64,000 bases of DNA, taken from Elusimicrobiota bacterium. Lineage in GTDB: Bacteria; Elusimicrobiota; Elusimicrobia; UBA1565; UBA9628. The DNA lies in NCBI GenBank assembly GCA_016207605.1, contig JACQPJ010000041.1, positions 4,264-68,263 on the forward strand, given 5' to 3'. Below are positions 1-8,209 of the stretch, piece after piece (within the stretch, counting starts at the first letter, position 1; each line of letters begins with the position of its first letter). A model generated the notes under the pieces. That model searched no databases and had not been told where the DNA came from. It saw nothing but the letters and a program-made list of their open reading frames with translations. The translations under genes and the position numbers were made by a program.

Positions 1-70
1 GCAGGACGCGCAGGGCGCGCGCGGTCACGTCCTCGAGGTTCCCGATCGGGGTGGGGACCACGTAAAGCAT
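1..70 (-). CDS. rsmI: 16S rRNA (cytidine1402-2'-O)-methyltransferase RsmI, first 23 codons only (gene continues past the left window edge)
   Basis: Reverse-strand ATG at 70. The codons read MLYVVPTPIGNLEDVTARALRVL, the conserved RsmI N-terminus. Absent from the ORF track because the window edge truncates it. Confidence 0.55.
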   Translation of the reverse strand, partial: MLYVVPTPIGNLEDVTARALRVL

Positions 71-99
71 CAGTCCCCGCAGACTAGCATTTGTAGCGT

Positions 100-1128
100 T
101 TAGGGAGCGCGGCCCGGGCCGGTCTTTTCCGTCTCCGCGAGAAGGGCCGCGGACTTCTCCGGCCCGAGCAGGCCCTCCAGTTGAGCGCGCGCGGCGTTGC
201 GGGACGCCTCGTCCGGGGCGCGCAGGGCGTAGCGCGCCAGCAGCGGCGCGGCGCGGGGGTTTAGGGAAGCGAAGGCCGCCGCGGCCCAGAGCAGGCGCGT
301 CTTGTCGTCCGTCGCGGCGTCGTGGGCCTTCAGGAGGGCGTCGACCTCCTCGTCGGCCGAGCAGGCCCCGGCCTTGAGCGCGAACTGGTGGCGCAGCTCG
401 GCGTCGGCCGCCGGGTCGCCGACCACGGCGAGCATCTCCTCCCGCGTGGCCCGGGCGTCGGCCGGGTCGATAGCGGCCGCGGCGGCCTCGGCCGCGCGCC
501 GCCGGACGGCCTCGTCCTTGGATTGCGACCAGGGCCGGAGGCTGGGGAAGGTCTGCCGCCAGAAGAAGCTCCCCAGGAGGCGGGCGACGGCGGGGCTCTC
601 CTCCGTCTTGGCGCGCAGAAGGGGCAGGGCCTTCTCGCCCTCCCACTGCGCCAGGGCGGAGAGGGCCTCGTACTGCGTCCACCAGGCGTTGCGCCCCGAC
701 AGCACGGAGATGTCGGAGGCGTCCGCCGCGTCGAAGCGCCGCCCCGCGATGCGCCGCACCAGGGGCAGGGCCTGCAGGGAGCGCAGGCGGAAGGCGCCGT
801 TGACGCCGAAGAGCTGGGCGTTGGGCTCCGGCTGCTTGAGGTAGCGCACGAACAGGGGCTCGAGCGTGGGGTTGTTGGCCGGCATCAGGGCCAGGGAGTC
901 CATGGCGGCCCGGCGCACCTCCAGGGTGGGGAAGCGCTCAAAAAGGTCGAAAAGCGCCGTCACGTCCTGCGCCGAGACGGGGGGAGTCCGCCGCAGCAGC
1001 GCCAGGGCCTGGCCCCTGTCCCCGTCTTGAACGGCGCTTTGGAAGCGCTCCTTGAGCTCGGCGACCGACGGGTTGCGGGTCTGGGCCGCGGCCAAGGATG
1101 CCGACAGCAGGCATAGGGCGAGGTTCAT
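100..1128 (-). CDS. Secreted helical-repeat (HEAT/armadillo-like) protein, function unknown
   Basis: ORF track, 342 aa. Signal-like N-terminus MNLALCLLSASLAAAQ and an Ala/Leu-rich helical repeat composition. Its start overlaps the nagZ stop as ATGA. Confidence 0.5.
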   Translation of the reverse strand: MNLALCLLSASLAAAQTRNPSVAELKERFQSAVQDGDRGQALALLRRTPPVSAQDVTALFDLFERFPTLEVRRAAMDSLALMPANNPTLEPLFVRYLKQPEPNAQLFGVNGAFRLRSLQALPLVRRIAGRRFDAADASDISVLSGRNAWWTQYEALSALAQWEGEKALPLLRAKTEESPAVARLLGSFFWRQTFPSLRPWSQSKDEAVRRRAAEAAAAAIDPADARATREEMLAVVGDPAADAELRHQFALKAGACSADEEVDALLKAHDAATDDKTRLLWAAAAFASLNPRAAPLLARYALRAPDEASRNAARAQLEGLLGPEKSAALLAETEKTGPGRAP

Positions 1129-2591
1129 GGGGTCTCCAAGACGAGGGCCAGCGCGGCCTCCAGGCTGACGAGGCGGTAGCCGGCGGCATCGACGACGGTC
1201 ATAGCCGGGGGGCAGAGGTCCAGGTCGTGCTCCGAGCGGATGAGGACCGCGGCCGTCTTGGCCGCCGCCCGGCGGGCCAACAGCTTGAGCGCGGCGGCCT
1301 GGCCCGGGAAGCGGCGGGCCTCGAAGCAGAGGAAGACGACGCGCTCGGCGCGCTCGGCCAGCGCGGGCAGGCGCCCCAGCCCGGCGCCGGCGACCGGCGC
1401 GCGGACGACGTCCGCGCCGCGGGTCAGGCGCCTCAGGAACGCCTCCGGACCTTTCGGACCGCCCTCGAAGGTGAAGCGTTCGCGCACCTCCAGAAAGTTC
1501 GGCACGACCAGCAGCGTCCCGCGCGCCGGGACGGGCAGGCGCAGGGCTCCGCGGCGGACGACGCGGACGGCGGAAGCGGCGATGCGTCGCGCCAGCGCCA
1601 GGCCCTCGACGCGGTCCGCGCGCTTGTCGGCGCGGCGGCGCGGGAGAAGCCGCTCGATGCGCGCCGCGGCGGCGGCCAAGGCCGCCTCGTCGTCCGCGCC
1701 GGCCGTCTCGCGCAGCAGCTCGACGGCGTCGCGCATGCCCTGCGCGTCATGGGCGATCATCAGGACGTCGTGGCCCGCGTCGAGTCCGCGGCGCGTGGCC
1801 TCGGCGACCGGCCAGCGCTTGGTGATCGCGCCCATGCAGAGGTCGTCGCTCACGATCAGGCCGTCGTAGCCCAGCTCGCCGCGCAGCAGGTCATGAACGA
1901 CGCGGCGCGAGAAGGTCGCCGGGACCGAGTCGAAGGCGGGAAAGCGCACGTGCGAGGTCATCACCGCGTCGACGCCGGCCGCGATCGCGGCGCGAAACGG
2001 GGCCAGGTGCGCGCGCGCGAAGGCCGGCCGCGGCAGGCGGATCACCGGCAGGTCCACGTGCGCGTCCACGGTCGCCGCGCCCTTGCCGGGGAAGTGCTTG
2101 GCGCAGGCCGAGACGCCGTGCGCCTGGAGCCCGCGGACGAAGGCCGCGCCCAGCCGGCCCGCCCGGCGCGGGCCGCGGCCGAAGGAGCGGATGCCGATGC
2201 CTGGGTTGTAGGCGCGGGTCTCCACGTCGAGCACCGGAGCCAGGTTGAGGCGGATTCCCAGCGGCGCCAGTTCGCGCGCCATCTGACGCCCCTGGGCGAA
2301 GGCCAGCGCCGGCTCGCCCGCGCGGCCGAGCGCGGCGTTGCCCGGGAACGCGGTCAACCCCGCGGCGAAGCGCAGGACCCAGCCGCCCTCATGGTCGACC
2401 GCGACCAGCAGCGGGCGTCCCAGCCGCTCCTCGAGCTCGTCCACGTAGGCCTTGGTCTGCGCCGGGGTCTCGATGTTGCGTCCCAGGAGCAGGACCCCGG
2501 TCGCGCTGGTCGCCTTGAACAGCGCGACCGTCCCGCGCGACGGCTTTTTGCCGTACACGCCGAACATGAACAGCCGTCCGGGGTCGGTCAT
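1125..2591 (-). CDS. nagZ: Beta-N-acetylhexosaminidase, glycoside hydrolase family 3 (NagZ-like)
   Basis: 488 aa with GH3 hallmarks LLVAVDHEGG, NLAPVLDV and KHFPGKGAATVDAHVDLP. Confidence 0.8.
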   Translation of the reverse strand: MTDPGRLFMFGVYGKKPSRGTVALFKATSATGVLLLGRNIETPAQTKAYVDELEERLGRPLLVAVDHEGGWVLRFAAGLTAFPGNAALGRAGEPALAFAQGRQMARELAPLGIRLNLAPVLDVETRAYNPGIGIRSFGRGPRRAGRLGAAFVRGLQAHGVSACAKHFPGKGAATVDAHVDLPVIRLPRPAFARAHLAPFRAAIAAGVDAVMTSHVRFPAFDSVPATFSRRVVHDLLRGELGYDGLIVSDDLCMGAITKRWPVAEATRRGLDAGHDVLMIAHDAQGMRDAVELLRETAGADDEAALAAAAARIERLLPRRRADKRADRVEGLALARRIAASAVRVVRRGALRLPVPARGTLLVVPNFLEVRERFTFEGGPKGPEAFLRRLTRGADVVRAPVAGAGLGRLPALAERAERVVFLCFEARRFPGQAAALKLLARRAAAKTAAVLIRSEHDLDLCPPAMTVVDAAGYRLVSLEAALALVLETP

Positions 2592-2626
2592 GACCAGAGT
2601 CTAACAAAGCGCCGCGATGGATTGGA

Positions 2627-3814
2627 TCAGTGCAGCTTGAGACCGCCCGGCGAAACGATCCGCCATTCGTCCGTCAGCGGCTCGGGGGCGGTTCCCGCGC
2701 CCAGCGAAACGACTTGCCCCTGCTCCCAATTCGGATCGGCGACGCGCGCCAAGGGGACTAAATCTTTGGATTGCACCCGCCCCATCTTGACTTCGATTGG
2801 GAAGCAGCGGCCCGCGGTTTCGACGAGGAAGTCGATCTCCTGTCCGTCTCGGGTGCGCCAGAAATGGGTCTCCGCGGTCTGCAGCCGATGGCGCAGCCGG
2901 CGAAGGATTTCGCCGAAAATATGCGTCTCGAAGGCGGCGCCGCCAAGGGGCCCCAGGCGCAGGGCCTCCGGGTCCCGCCAGCCGGCCAGATGCGCGCAAA
3001 GTCCCATGTCCAAGAAATAGAGCTTGGGGCTCTTGATGAGCCGTTTTGTCCTGTTCGTGTGGTAGGGCGGCACGAGCTTGATGAGGAAGCTATCCTCCAG
3101 CAGGCTCAGCCAATTCTTCGCCGTCACCGGAGAAATTCCCGCATCCCGAGCCAAGTCATCGTAGTTCACGACCTGGGCGCTGCGTAGAGCGCACATTTTC
3201 AGGAATATCTCGAATTCGCGGCGCTTCTCGACGCGCAGGAGTTCCCGCACGTCGCGTTCGATATAGGTCTGCGCGTAGCTTGAGAGATAAAGTTGTCGGG
3301 CGTCCGGAGTCGTGATGCCGAAGAGCTTGGGGAAGGTCGTCTCCAGGATCCTCTCGAAATAGGCCGGTGGAGAGAAGCTGCGAATTCGTTTTTCCTCGTC
3401 GGACAGCCCGAAGAGGTTCCCAATGGCGATGCGGCCGGCCAAGGTTTCCTTGATTCCCTCCATAACGGAAAAATTCTGCGAGCCGGTCAACCAGACGGCG
3501 CCGGGGCCGGGATCGCGGTCAGCCATTCGCTTGATAGGGCTGAGCAGTTGGGGCGCGTACTGGATTTCGTCTATGAGCAGCGGAGGCCGGAGTCCGCGCA
3601 TAAAAAGTTCCGGGTCCTGGTTGGCCCGAGCGCGGGTGTCCAGGTCGTCAAGATCGATGAAGCGCCGTGAGCCGGCGCAGCGCTTGAGGAGGGAGCTTTT
3701 GCCGACCTGCCGGGGACCGAGCAGGAGCCAAACGGGAAACAGCCGCAACGCGGGCGCGGGCGCCGTCAAAAGGCCTTCCAACGTACGCTCGACCCATAAT
3801 TTTGGCATATCCAT
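2627..3814 (-). CDS. AAA+ ATPase with C-terminal DUF4143-like region
   Basis: Internal in-frame ATG at 3814 (MDMPKLWVERT...) chosen. The upstream 198 codons of the 593-aa track ORF are Arg/Pro-rich read-through. Walker A GPRQVGKSS; the C-terminal half resembles the DUF4143 family. Confidence 0.65.
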   Translation of the reverse strand: MDMPKLWVERTLEGLLTAPAPALRLFPVWLLLGPRQVGKSSLLKRCAGSRRFIDLDDLDTRARANQDPELFMRGLRPPLLIDEIQYAPQLLSPIKRMADRDPGPGAVWLTGSQNFSVMEGIKETLAGRIAIGNLFGLSDEEKRIRSFSPPAYFERILETTFPKLFGITTPDARQLYLSSYAQTYIERDVRELLRVEKRREFEIFLKMCALRSAQVVNYDDLARDAGISPVTAKNWLSLLEDSFLIKLVPPYHTNRTKRLIKSPKLYFLDMGLCAHLAGWRDPEALRLGPLGGAAFETHIFGEILRRLRHRLQTAETHFWRTRDGQEIDFLVETAGRCFPIEVKMGRVQSKDLVPLARVADPNWEQGQVVSLGAGTAPEPLTDEWRIVSPGGLKLH

Positions 3815-3876
3815 AGTATACCTCAGATTTGCCAAAATAACAGCGGTTCGGGTCGCGCTCGGGACTTGAACCGAAA

Positions 3877-4599
3877 CTACGGTGCGCGGGGGTTTTTTGA
3901 CGCCGCGATGATCCAGGCTTCGATCTTGTCGAGGGTCGCGGTGTCGGCGAACATCTGCGTCCCGTGCCCGGCCGGGGCCTCCAGGGTTTTGGCGCCGCTG
4001 CGGGCCAGCGGAGCCAGCGTCGAGAAGGCGTAGGCGTCCCCGGACGCGGCCGCGGCGAGCGTCCTGACGCCCGGGACCGGCCGCAGGACGACGCCTCGGT
4101 AGTCGGGGCCGGGGGAGAGCAGGAGCAGGAAGGGGGCCCGCGGCTCCCGAGCGGCCGCCTGGGAGGCGAGGTTGGCGCCGATGGAGGCGCCGCCGAAGGC
4201 GACGCGGGCGGCTGGAATCCCGCGGGCCTTGAGCCAGCGCGTCGCGCAGAGCGGGTCCTCCAGGGCGCGCGGCCACTCGCCCGCGGCGTCGAAGTCCTGG
4301 TCGCTGCGCGGACCTTGGGGGCCTTGCAGGCTGCCGCCGTGGCCGCGCAGGTCCAGGGCCAAGGCCCCGACGCCCTGCGCCGCCAGGCGCTCGGACAGGG
4401 GCGCCCACTCGTTTTTCGAGCTGCCCACGCCGTGGATCAGCACGATCACGGGCCTGCCCGGGAGCGGCGCGCGGTAGAGCGCGGCCAAGGTCCAGCCGTC
4501 GCGCGTCTTGAGCGCGATCTCGCGGGCGGGCGCGGGCGCCGCGGCCCGCGCCGAGGCGGCCAGGACGGCCAGGGCCGCGGCGAGCCGGGCGCTCCTCAT
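3877..4599 (-). CDS. Secreted alpha/beta-fold hydrolase
   Basis: Start at 4599 (MRSARLAAALAVLAASARAAA signal). Contains VIVLIHGVGSS and the nucleophile elbow GASIG. The N-terminal 188 codons of the track ORF were rejected as read-through. Confidence 0.65.
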   Translation of the reverse strand: MRSARLAAALAVLAASARAAAPAPAREIALKTRDGWTLAALYRAPLPGRPVIVLIHGVGSSKNEWAPLSERLAAQGVGALALDLRGHGGSLQGPQGPRSDQDFDAAGEWPRALEDPLCATRWLKARGIPAARVAFGGASIGANLASQAAAREPRAPFLLLLSPGPDYRGVVLRPVPGVRTLAAAASGDAYAFSTLAPLARSGAKTLEAPAGHGTQMFADTATLDKIEAWIIAASKNPRAP

Positions 4600-5243
4600 C
4601 GGCAGCGCATGGCCAATTCGTAGCCCGCGTTGTAGACGGCGAAGACCGAGTCCTGGATGCGCACGACGGAGCGTAGGAGCTCGTCGGAGCGGTGCGCGAA
4701 GAAGCGGGTGTTGGCCCAGGAGTTCTGCGCCACTTGGCCGCGCATACCGGCCGCGTCGTAGTAGAGCTGGTTGAGCGCGAGCTGGAGCTGCTGGACCTGG
4801 CCCAGGATCAGCAGCGAGGCCCGGTACATGTCCTGGTCGGGCAGAGCCTGGGACTGGGCCAGGCGCTCGCGCGCGGTGAGGTAGTAGAGGTTGTGGCGGA
4901 TCTGGTCGCAACCCGCCGTCAGCGTGCGCAGGTTGTCCGAGATCGTGGCCAGGCTGGGCTGGGGGTCGGCTTGCGCGTAGGCGTAGCGCAGATTGCCGCC
5001 CTGGGCCTTGACGTAGCGGCCGATCTGCATCACATTGGCGGTCTGCTGGGCGACCTGGCCCGCGACGGACTTCATCATGGGGATGAGGACGGGGTCGCTC
5101 TGCCGGCGCATCATCTTGTCGCGCGCGCTGGTGAGCGCGTCCCAGAAAAAGCGCTCCTGCCACAGCGCCGGCGCGCTCTCGAAGAGCGCGGACGCCGGCC
5201 CCGCCGCGGCGAGCGCGATGACCGCTAAGAATGAAGCTCGCAT
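4596..5243 (-). CDS. Secreted all-helical hypothetical protein
   Basis: ORF track, 215 aa. Signal MRASFLAVIALAAAGPASA. Its stop overlaps the hydrolase start as ATGA, suggesting translational coupling. Confidence 0.5.
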   Translation of the reverse strand: MRASFLAVIALAAAGPASALFESAPALWQERFFWDALTSARDKMMRRQSDPVLIPMMKSVAGQVAQQTANVMQIGRYVKAQGGNLRYAYAQADPQPSLATISDNLRTLTAGCDQIRHNLYYLTARERLAQSQALPDQDMYRASLLILGQVQQLQLALNQLYYDAAGMRGQVAQNSWANTRFFAHRSDELLRSVVRIQDSVFAVYNAGYELAMRCR

Positions 5244-5341
5244 CCGCCTAAGTATAAGTCATCGCGGCTTGCGCGTCCATTGGCAGCATGCGGTTCATTG
5301 GTGTGCTGCCGCCGAAGGAGCTCTTGCAGCTCGGATTCGGA

Positions 5342-5854
5342 TTATGGCTTGTTCAGCGGATGCTTGGCGATGGTTGATTTTTGCAATAGCGTTGTGGAAG
5401 GCGCGCCGATATCATTCTCTTTTCCCCAATAGATGATGATCGCTTCGTCGCTCACTAAAAATTCTGCGTGGGGCAAAACTTTCGTCTTGACGTCATCTTT
5501 GACATGATTAAGCATGGTGTCTCTGCTCATGTAGTAAACATGGCGAGATATGTTGTCGCTCGTGAGCACGACGCTCCACAGCAGACTCGCCGGTTCAGCC
5601 GGGGCTAAGTAATTATAGTAATCCAAACGCTTTAGGTTTTTAGAAGAATCCCATCGATAGATAAAACAAGCAGAACCCACCTGTCCAGGGCCAGGTTTCC
5701 AGGGGGATCGAAAATAAAGCGCATTTTCTATGATGGCGTCATTCGCCGATATTGATTCAGGAAAATCCGGAAATATGCCTTCGGTGTTCCCAGGGGTCCA
5801 GAATATGCACAGACTTACCGCGATCAGAAAGGCTCGCCAGATTTTGCTGATCAT
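5342..5854 (-). CDS. Orphan secreted or membrane-anchored hypothetical protein in an AT-richer island
   Basis: ORF track, 170 aa. N-terminal hydrophobic segment MISKIWRAFLIAVSLCIFW. Codon composition is visibly AT-richer than both flanks, and no Shine-Dalgarno precedes the ATG. Confidence 0.5.
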   Translation of the reverse strand: MISKIWRAFLIAVSLCIFWTPGNTEGIFPDFPESISANDAIIENALYFRSPWKPGPGQVGSACFIYRWDSSKNLKRLDYYNYLAPAEPASLLWSVVLTSDNISRHVYYMSRDTMLNHVKDDVKTKVLPHAEFLVSDEAIIIYWGKENDIGAPSTTLLQKSTIAKHPLNKP

Positions 5855-6017
5855 AGGAGGCTTAGTTTAGCAGGAAAAGGTGTTGGGCGGCAGGAGATGT
5901 TGCGCGGCTCTTTTCGCGCCGGCTCGGCTGAACGCTTGATTGACGCTGAGTCCCGCGGCTTTGGTATGATGACGCGATGAGGACCGACGACGGGCTGGCC
6001 TTGGCCGGGCGGCGGGC

Positions 6018-7604
6018 ATGACGGCGCCCAAGGAGCCGCACCAGGTCCTGGCGCGCAAATACCGCCCGCAGGGCCTCGACGAGCTCGTCGGCCAGCCGGG
6101 CGTGTCGCAGACCCTGCGCGGCGCGCTGGCGGCCAAGCGCCTTCACCACGCCTATCTCTTCACCGGCCCGCGCGGCTGCGGCAAGACCACGACCGCGCGC
6201 ATCCTGGCCAAGGCCTTGAACTGCGCCCAGGGGCCGACGCCGGATCCCTGCGGGACGTGCGTCTCCTGCCGCGAGATCGCCTCGTCCTCCTGCCTGGACG
6301 TGCTGGAGATGGACGCGGCCTCGCACACCGGCGTCGACAACGTCCGCGAGGTCATCATCGACACCGTCGGCCTGGCGCCCACGCGCGACCGCTACAAGGT
6401 CTTCATCGTCGACGAGGCCCACATGCTCTCGTCGGCGGCCTTCAACGCGCTCCTCAAGACGATCGAGGAGCCGCCGCCTCATGCCGTCTTCGTCCTGGCC
6501 ACGACCGAGGCGCACAAGGTCCCGGCCACGATCGCCTCGCGCTGTCAGCGCTTCAAGTTCCGGCCGGTCGCGGCGGACGCGCTCGCCGAGCACCTGGCCG
6601 CCCTGGCCAAGAAGGAGAAGATCGCCGTCGAGCCCGAGGCCCTGCTCCTCCTCGCCCGCGCGGCGGAGGGCTCCCTGCGCGACGCGGTCAGCCTGCTCGA
6701 CCAGTGTCGTTGCGCTGATGGGGGGGCCGTCTCGGCGGAGTCCGTGCGCGACGCCTTCGGCTTCGCGCCCCAGGAGCTCCTCCTTGGCGCCGCGCGGGCC
6801 CTGCTGGGCCGCGACGCCAAGGCCCTGGCCTCCTGGCTGCGCAAGTCCTATGAGGAGGGCGTGGACCCGGCGCAGTTCCTCAAGGATTTACGCGCGGGCT
6901 TGGAGGGCGTCTACCTGCGGGCGCTGGGGGCGTCCGCTCCCGCCGATCCGGCCTGGTCCGAGGCCGCCGCCGGGGCCTCGCCCGAGGCCTTGGGCTTTCT
7001 CCTGCGCCGGCTCAACCGCGCGCTCGAGGAGCTGCGCTTTGGGGACGCGCCGAGGCTGGCCCTGGAGCTGGGGCTTTTCTCGGCGCTGGAGGCCGCCCAT
7101 GACCTGGGCGCCTGGGCCGCGCGTCTGGAGGCGCTCGAGCGCCGCCTGGCCGCCGGCGGCGGGGGCGCGGCGCTGGCGCCGGCCGCTGCCTCCGCCGCCG
7201 AGGTCGCGCCGGCCGCCCCGCGCGCGGCGCCCGTTTCGGCGGCCCCGCCTTCCATCTCGGGCGCGGATTGGCCCGCCTTCGTCGCGGCCGTAGCCCGCGA
7301 GAAGCCCCTGCTGGGCGGCGCGCTCGAGCGCGCCGCGGGCGGGCTGGAGCCCAGCGGGAGCTTCACTGTCCGCTTCGCCAAGCCGTTCGACCTGGACACG
7401 GCCAAGCGCGCGCAGCCGTACTTGGAGCAGGCTCTCGAGCGCTTGGCGGGACGCCCGGTCGCGCTCGCCCTGGTCCTGGGCGGCGTGGCCGCGTCCGGTC
7501 CGGTCGAGGACGGCGCTCTCGCCGCCGAGGCGGCCGGCGGCGCGCTCCAGGCCGCGGAAGGGGTTTTCGGCGGCAAGGCCCGCATCGTCTCGCGGGCGAG
7601 ATGA
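6018..7604 (+). CDS. dnaX: DNA polymerase III subunit gamma/tau
   Basis: 528 aa. Walker A GPRGCGKTT, VFIVDEAHML and ATTEAHKVPATIASRCQRF, followed by an Ala/Pro-rich tau-like C-terminus. Confidence 0.9.
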   Translation: MTAPKEPHQVLARKYRPQGLDELVGQPGVSQTLRGALAAKRLHHAYLFTGPRGCGKTTTARILAKALNCAQGPTPDPCGTCVSCREIASSSCLDVLEMDAASHTGVDNVREVIIDTVGLAPTRDRYKVFIVDEAHMLSSAAFNALLKTIEEPPPHAVFVLATTEAHKVPATIASRCQRFKFRPVAADALAEHLAALAKKEKIAVEPEALLLLARAAEGSLRDAVSLLDQCRCADGGAVSAESVRDAFGFAPQELLLGAARALLGRDAKALASWLRKSYEEGVDPAQFLKDLRAGLEGVYLRALGASAPADPAWSEAAAGASPEALGFLLRRLNRALEELRFGDAPRLALELGLFSALEAAHDLGAWAARLEALERRLAAGGGGAALAPAAASAAEVAPAAPRAAPVSAAPPSISGADWPAFVAAVAREKPLLGGALERAAGGLEPSGSFTVRFAKPFDLDTAKRAQPYLEQALERLAGRPVALALVLGGVAASGPVEDGALAAEAAGGALQAAEGVFGGKARIVSRAR

Positions 7605-8188
7605 AAAACGTCGAGCGCCTGGTCGCGGCCTTGAAGCGGCTGCCCGGCGTGGGGCCCAAGCAGTCCGAACGCCTGGCCATCCACCTGCTGCGCGCGCCGC
7701 GCGGCGAGGTCGAGAACCTGACCGAGGCTCTGCGCGAGGCCAAGGCGTCCGTTCGCCTCTGCTCGCGCTGCGGCGACTTCACCGAGCGCGAGTTCTGCCG
7801 TCTCTGCGCGGACCCGGCGCGCGACGCGGGCCTGATTTGCGTGGTCGAGGAGCCGCAGGACGTCGCCGCGCTGGAGCGCACGCGCGCCTTCCGCGGCCTC
7901 TACCACGTCCTTCACGGCGCGCTCTCGCCCCTGGAGGGGTTGGGTCCGGAGCGCCTGCGCGCGCGGGAGCTCATCGAACGCGTGCGGGCCGGAGGCGTGC
8001 GGGAGGTCGTGCTCGCCACCGATCCGGACACCGAGGGGGAGGCGACGGCCCTCTATCTCGCCCAGCTTCTCAAGCCGCTCGCCGCCAAGATCACGCGCAT
8101 CGCCCACGGGGTGCCCTTGGGCGGCGACCTGGACTATCTCGACGAACGCACCTTGTCCCACGCCCTGACCGGGCGCCGGGAGTTCTAG
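7601..8188 (+). CDS. recR: Recombination protein RecR
   Basis: In-frame ATG at 7601 overlaps the dnaX stop as ATGA. MKNVERLVAALKRLPGVGPKQSERLA (HhH), zinc finger CSRCGDFTEREFCRLC and a Toprim-like VVLATDPDTEGEATA. Confidence 0.9.
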   Translation: MKNVERLVAALKRLPGVGPKQSERLAIHLLRAPRGEVENLTEALREAKASVRLCSRCGDFTEREFCRLCADPARDAGLICVVEEPQDVAALERTRAFRGLYHVLHGALSPLEGLGPERLRARELIERVRAGGVREVVLATDPDTEGEATALYLAQLLKPLAAKITRIAHGVPLGGDLDYLDERTLSHALTGRREF

Positions 8189-8209
8189 TCGAGGCCTAGC
8201 GGAGGATTC

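Noticed and set aside
2627-5163. N-terminal extensions of track ORFs that would create apparent fusion proteins: 2627-4408, 3877-5163, 41711-44302, 42880-44634, 44136-45776, 45837-47681, 51681-53273, 52993-54075 and 19833-22427.
   Set aside because: The upstream parts are low-complexity and overlap the preceding real gene in another frame. In each case an internal start codon gives a canonical N-terminus (signal peptide, Rossmann motif or similar), often with a stop-start overlap to the neighbour.
5855-6017. An SRP RNA (ffs) gene upstream of dnaX, as found in many bacteria, and a dnaX promoter (TTGACG ... TATGAT).
   Set aside because: No GGAA-tetraloop / AGCAG helix-8 signature is visible in the 160-nt gap. 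The promoter-like boxes are 19 nt apart, too far for a confident call.
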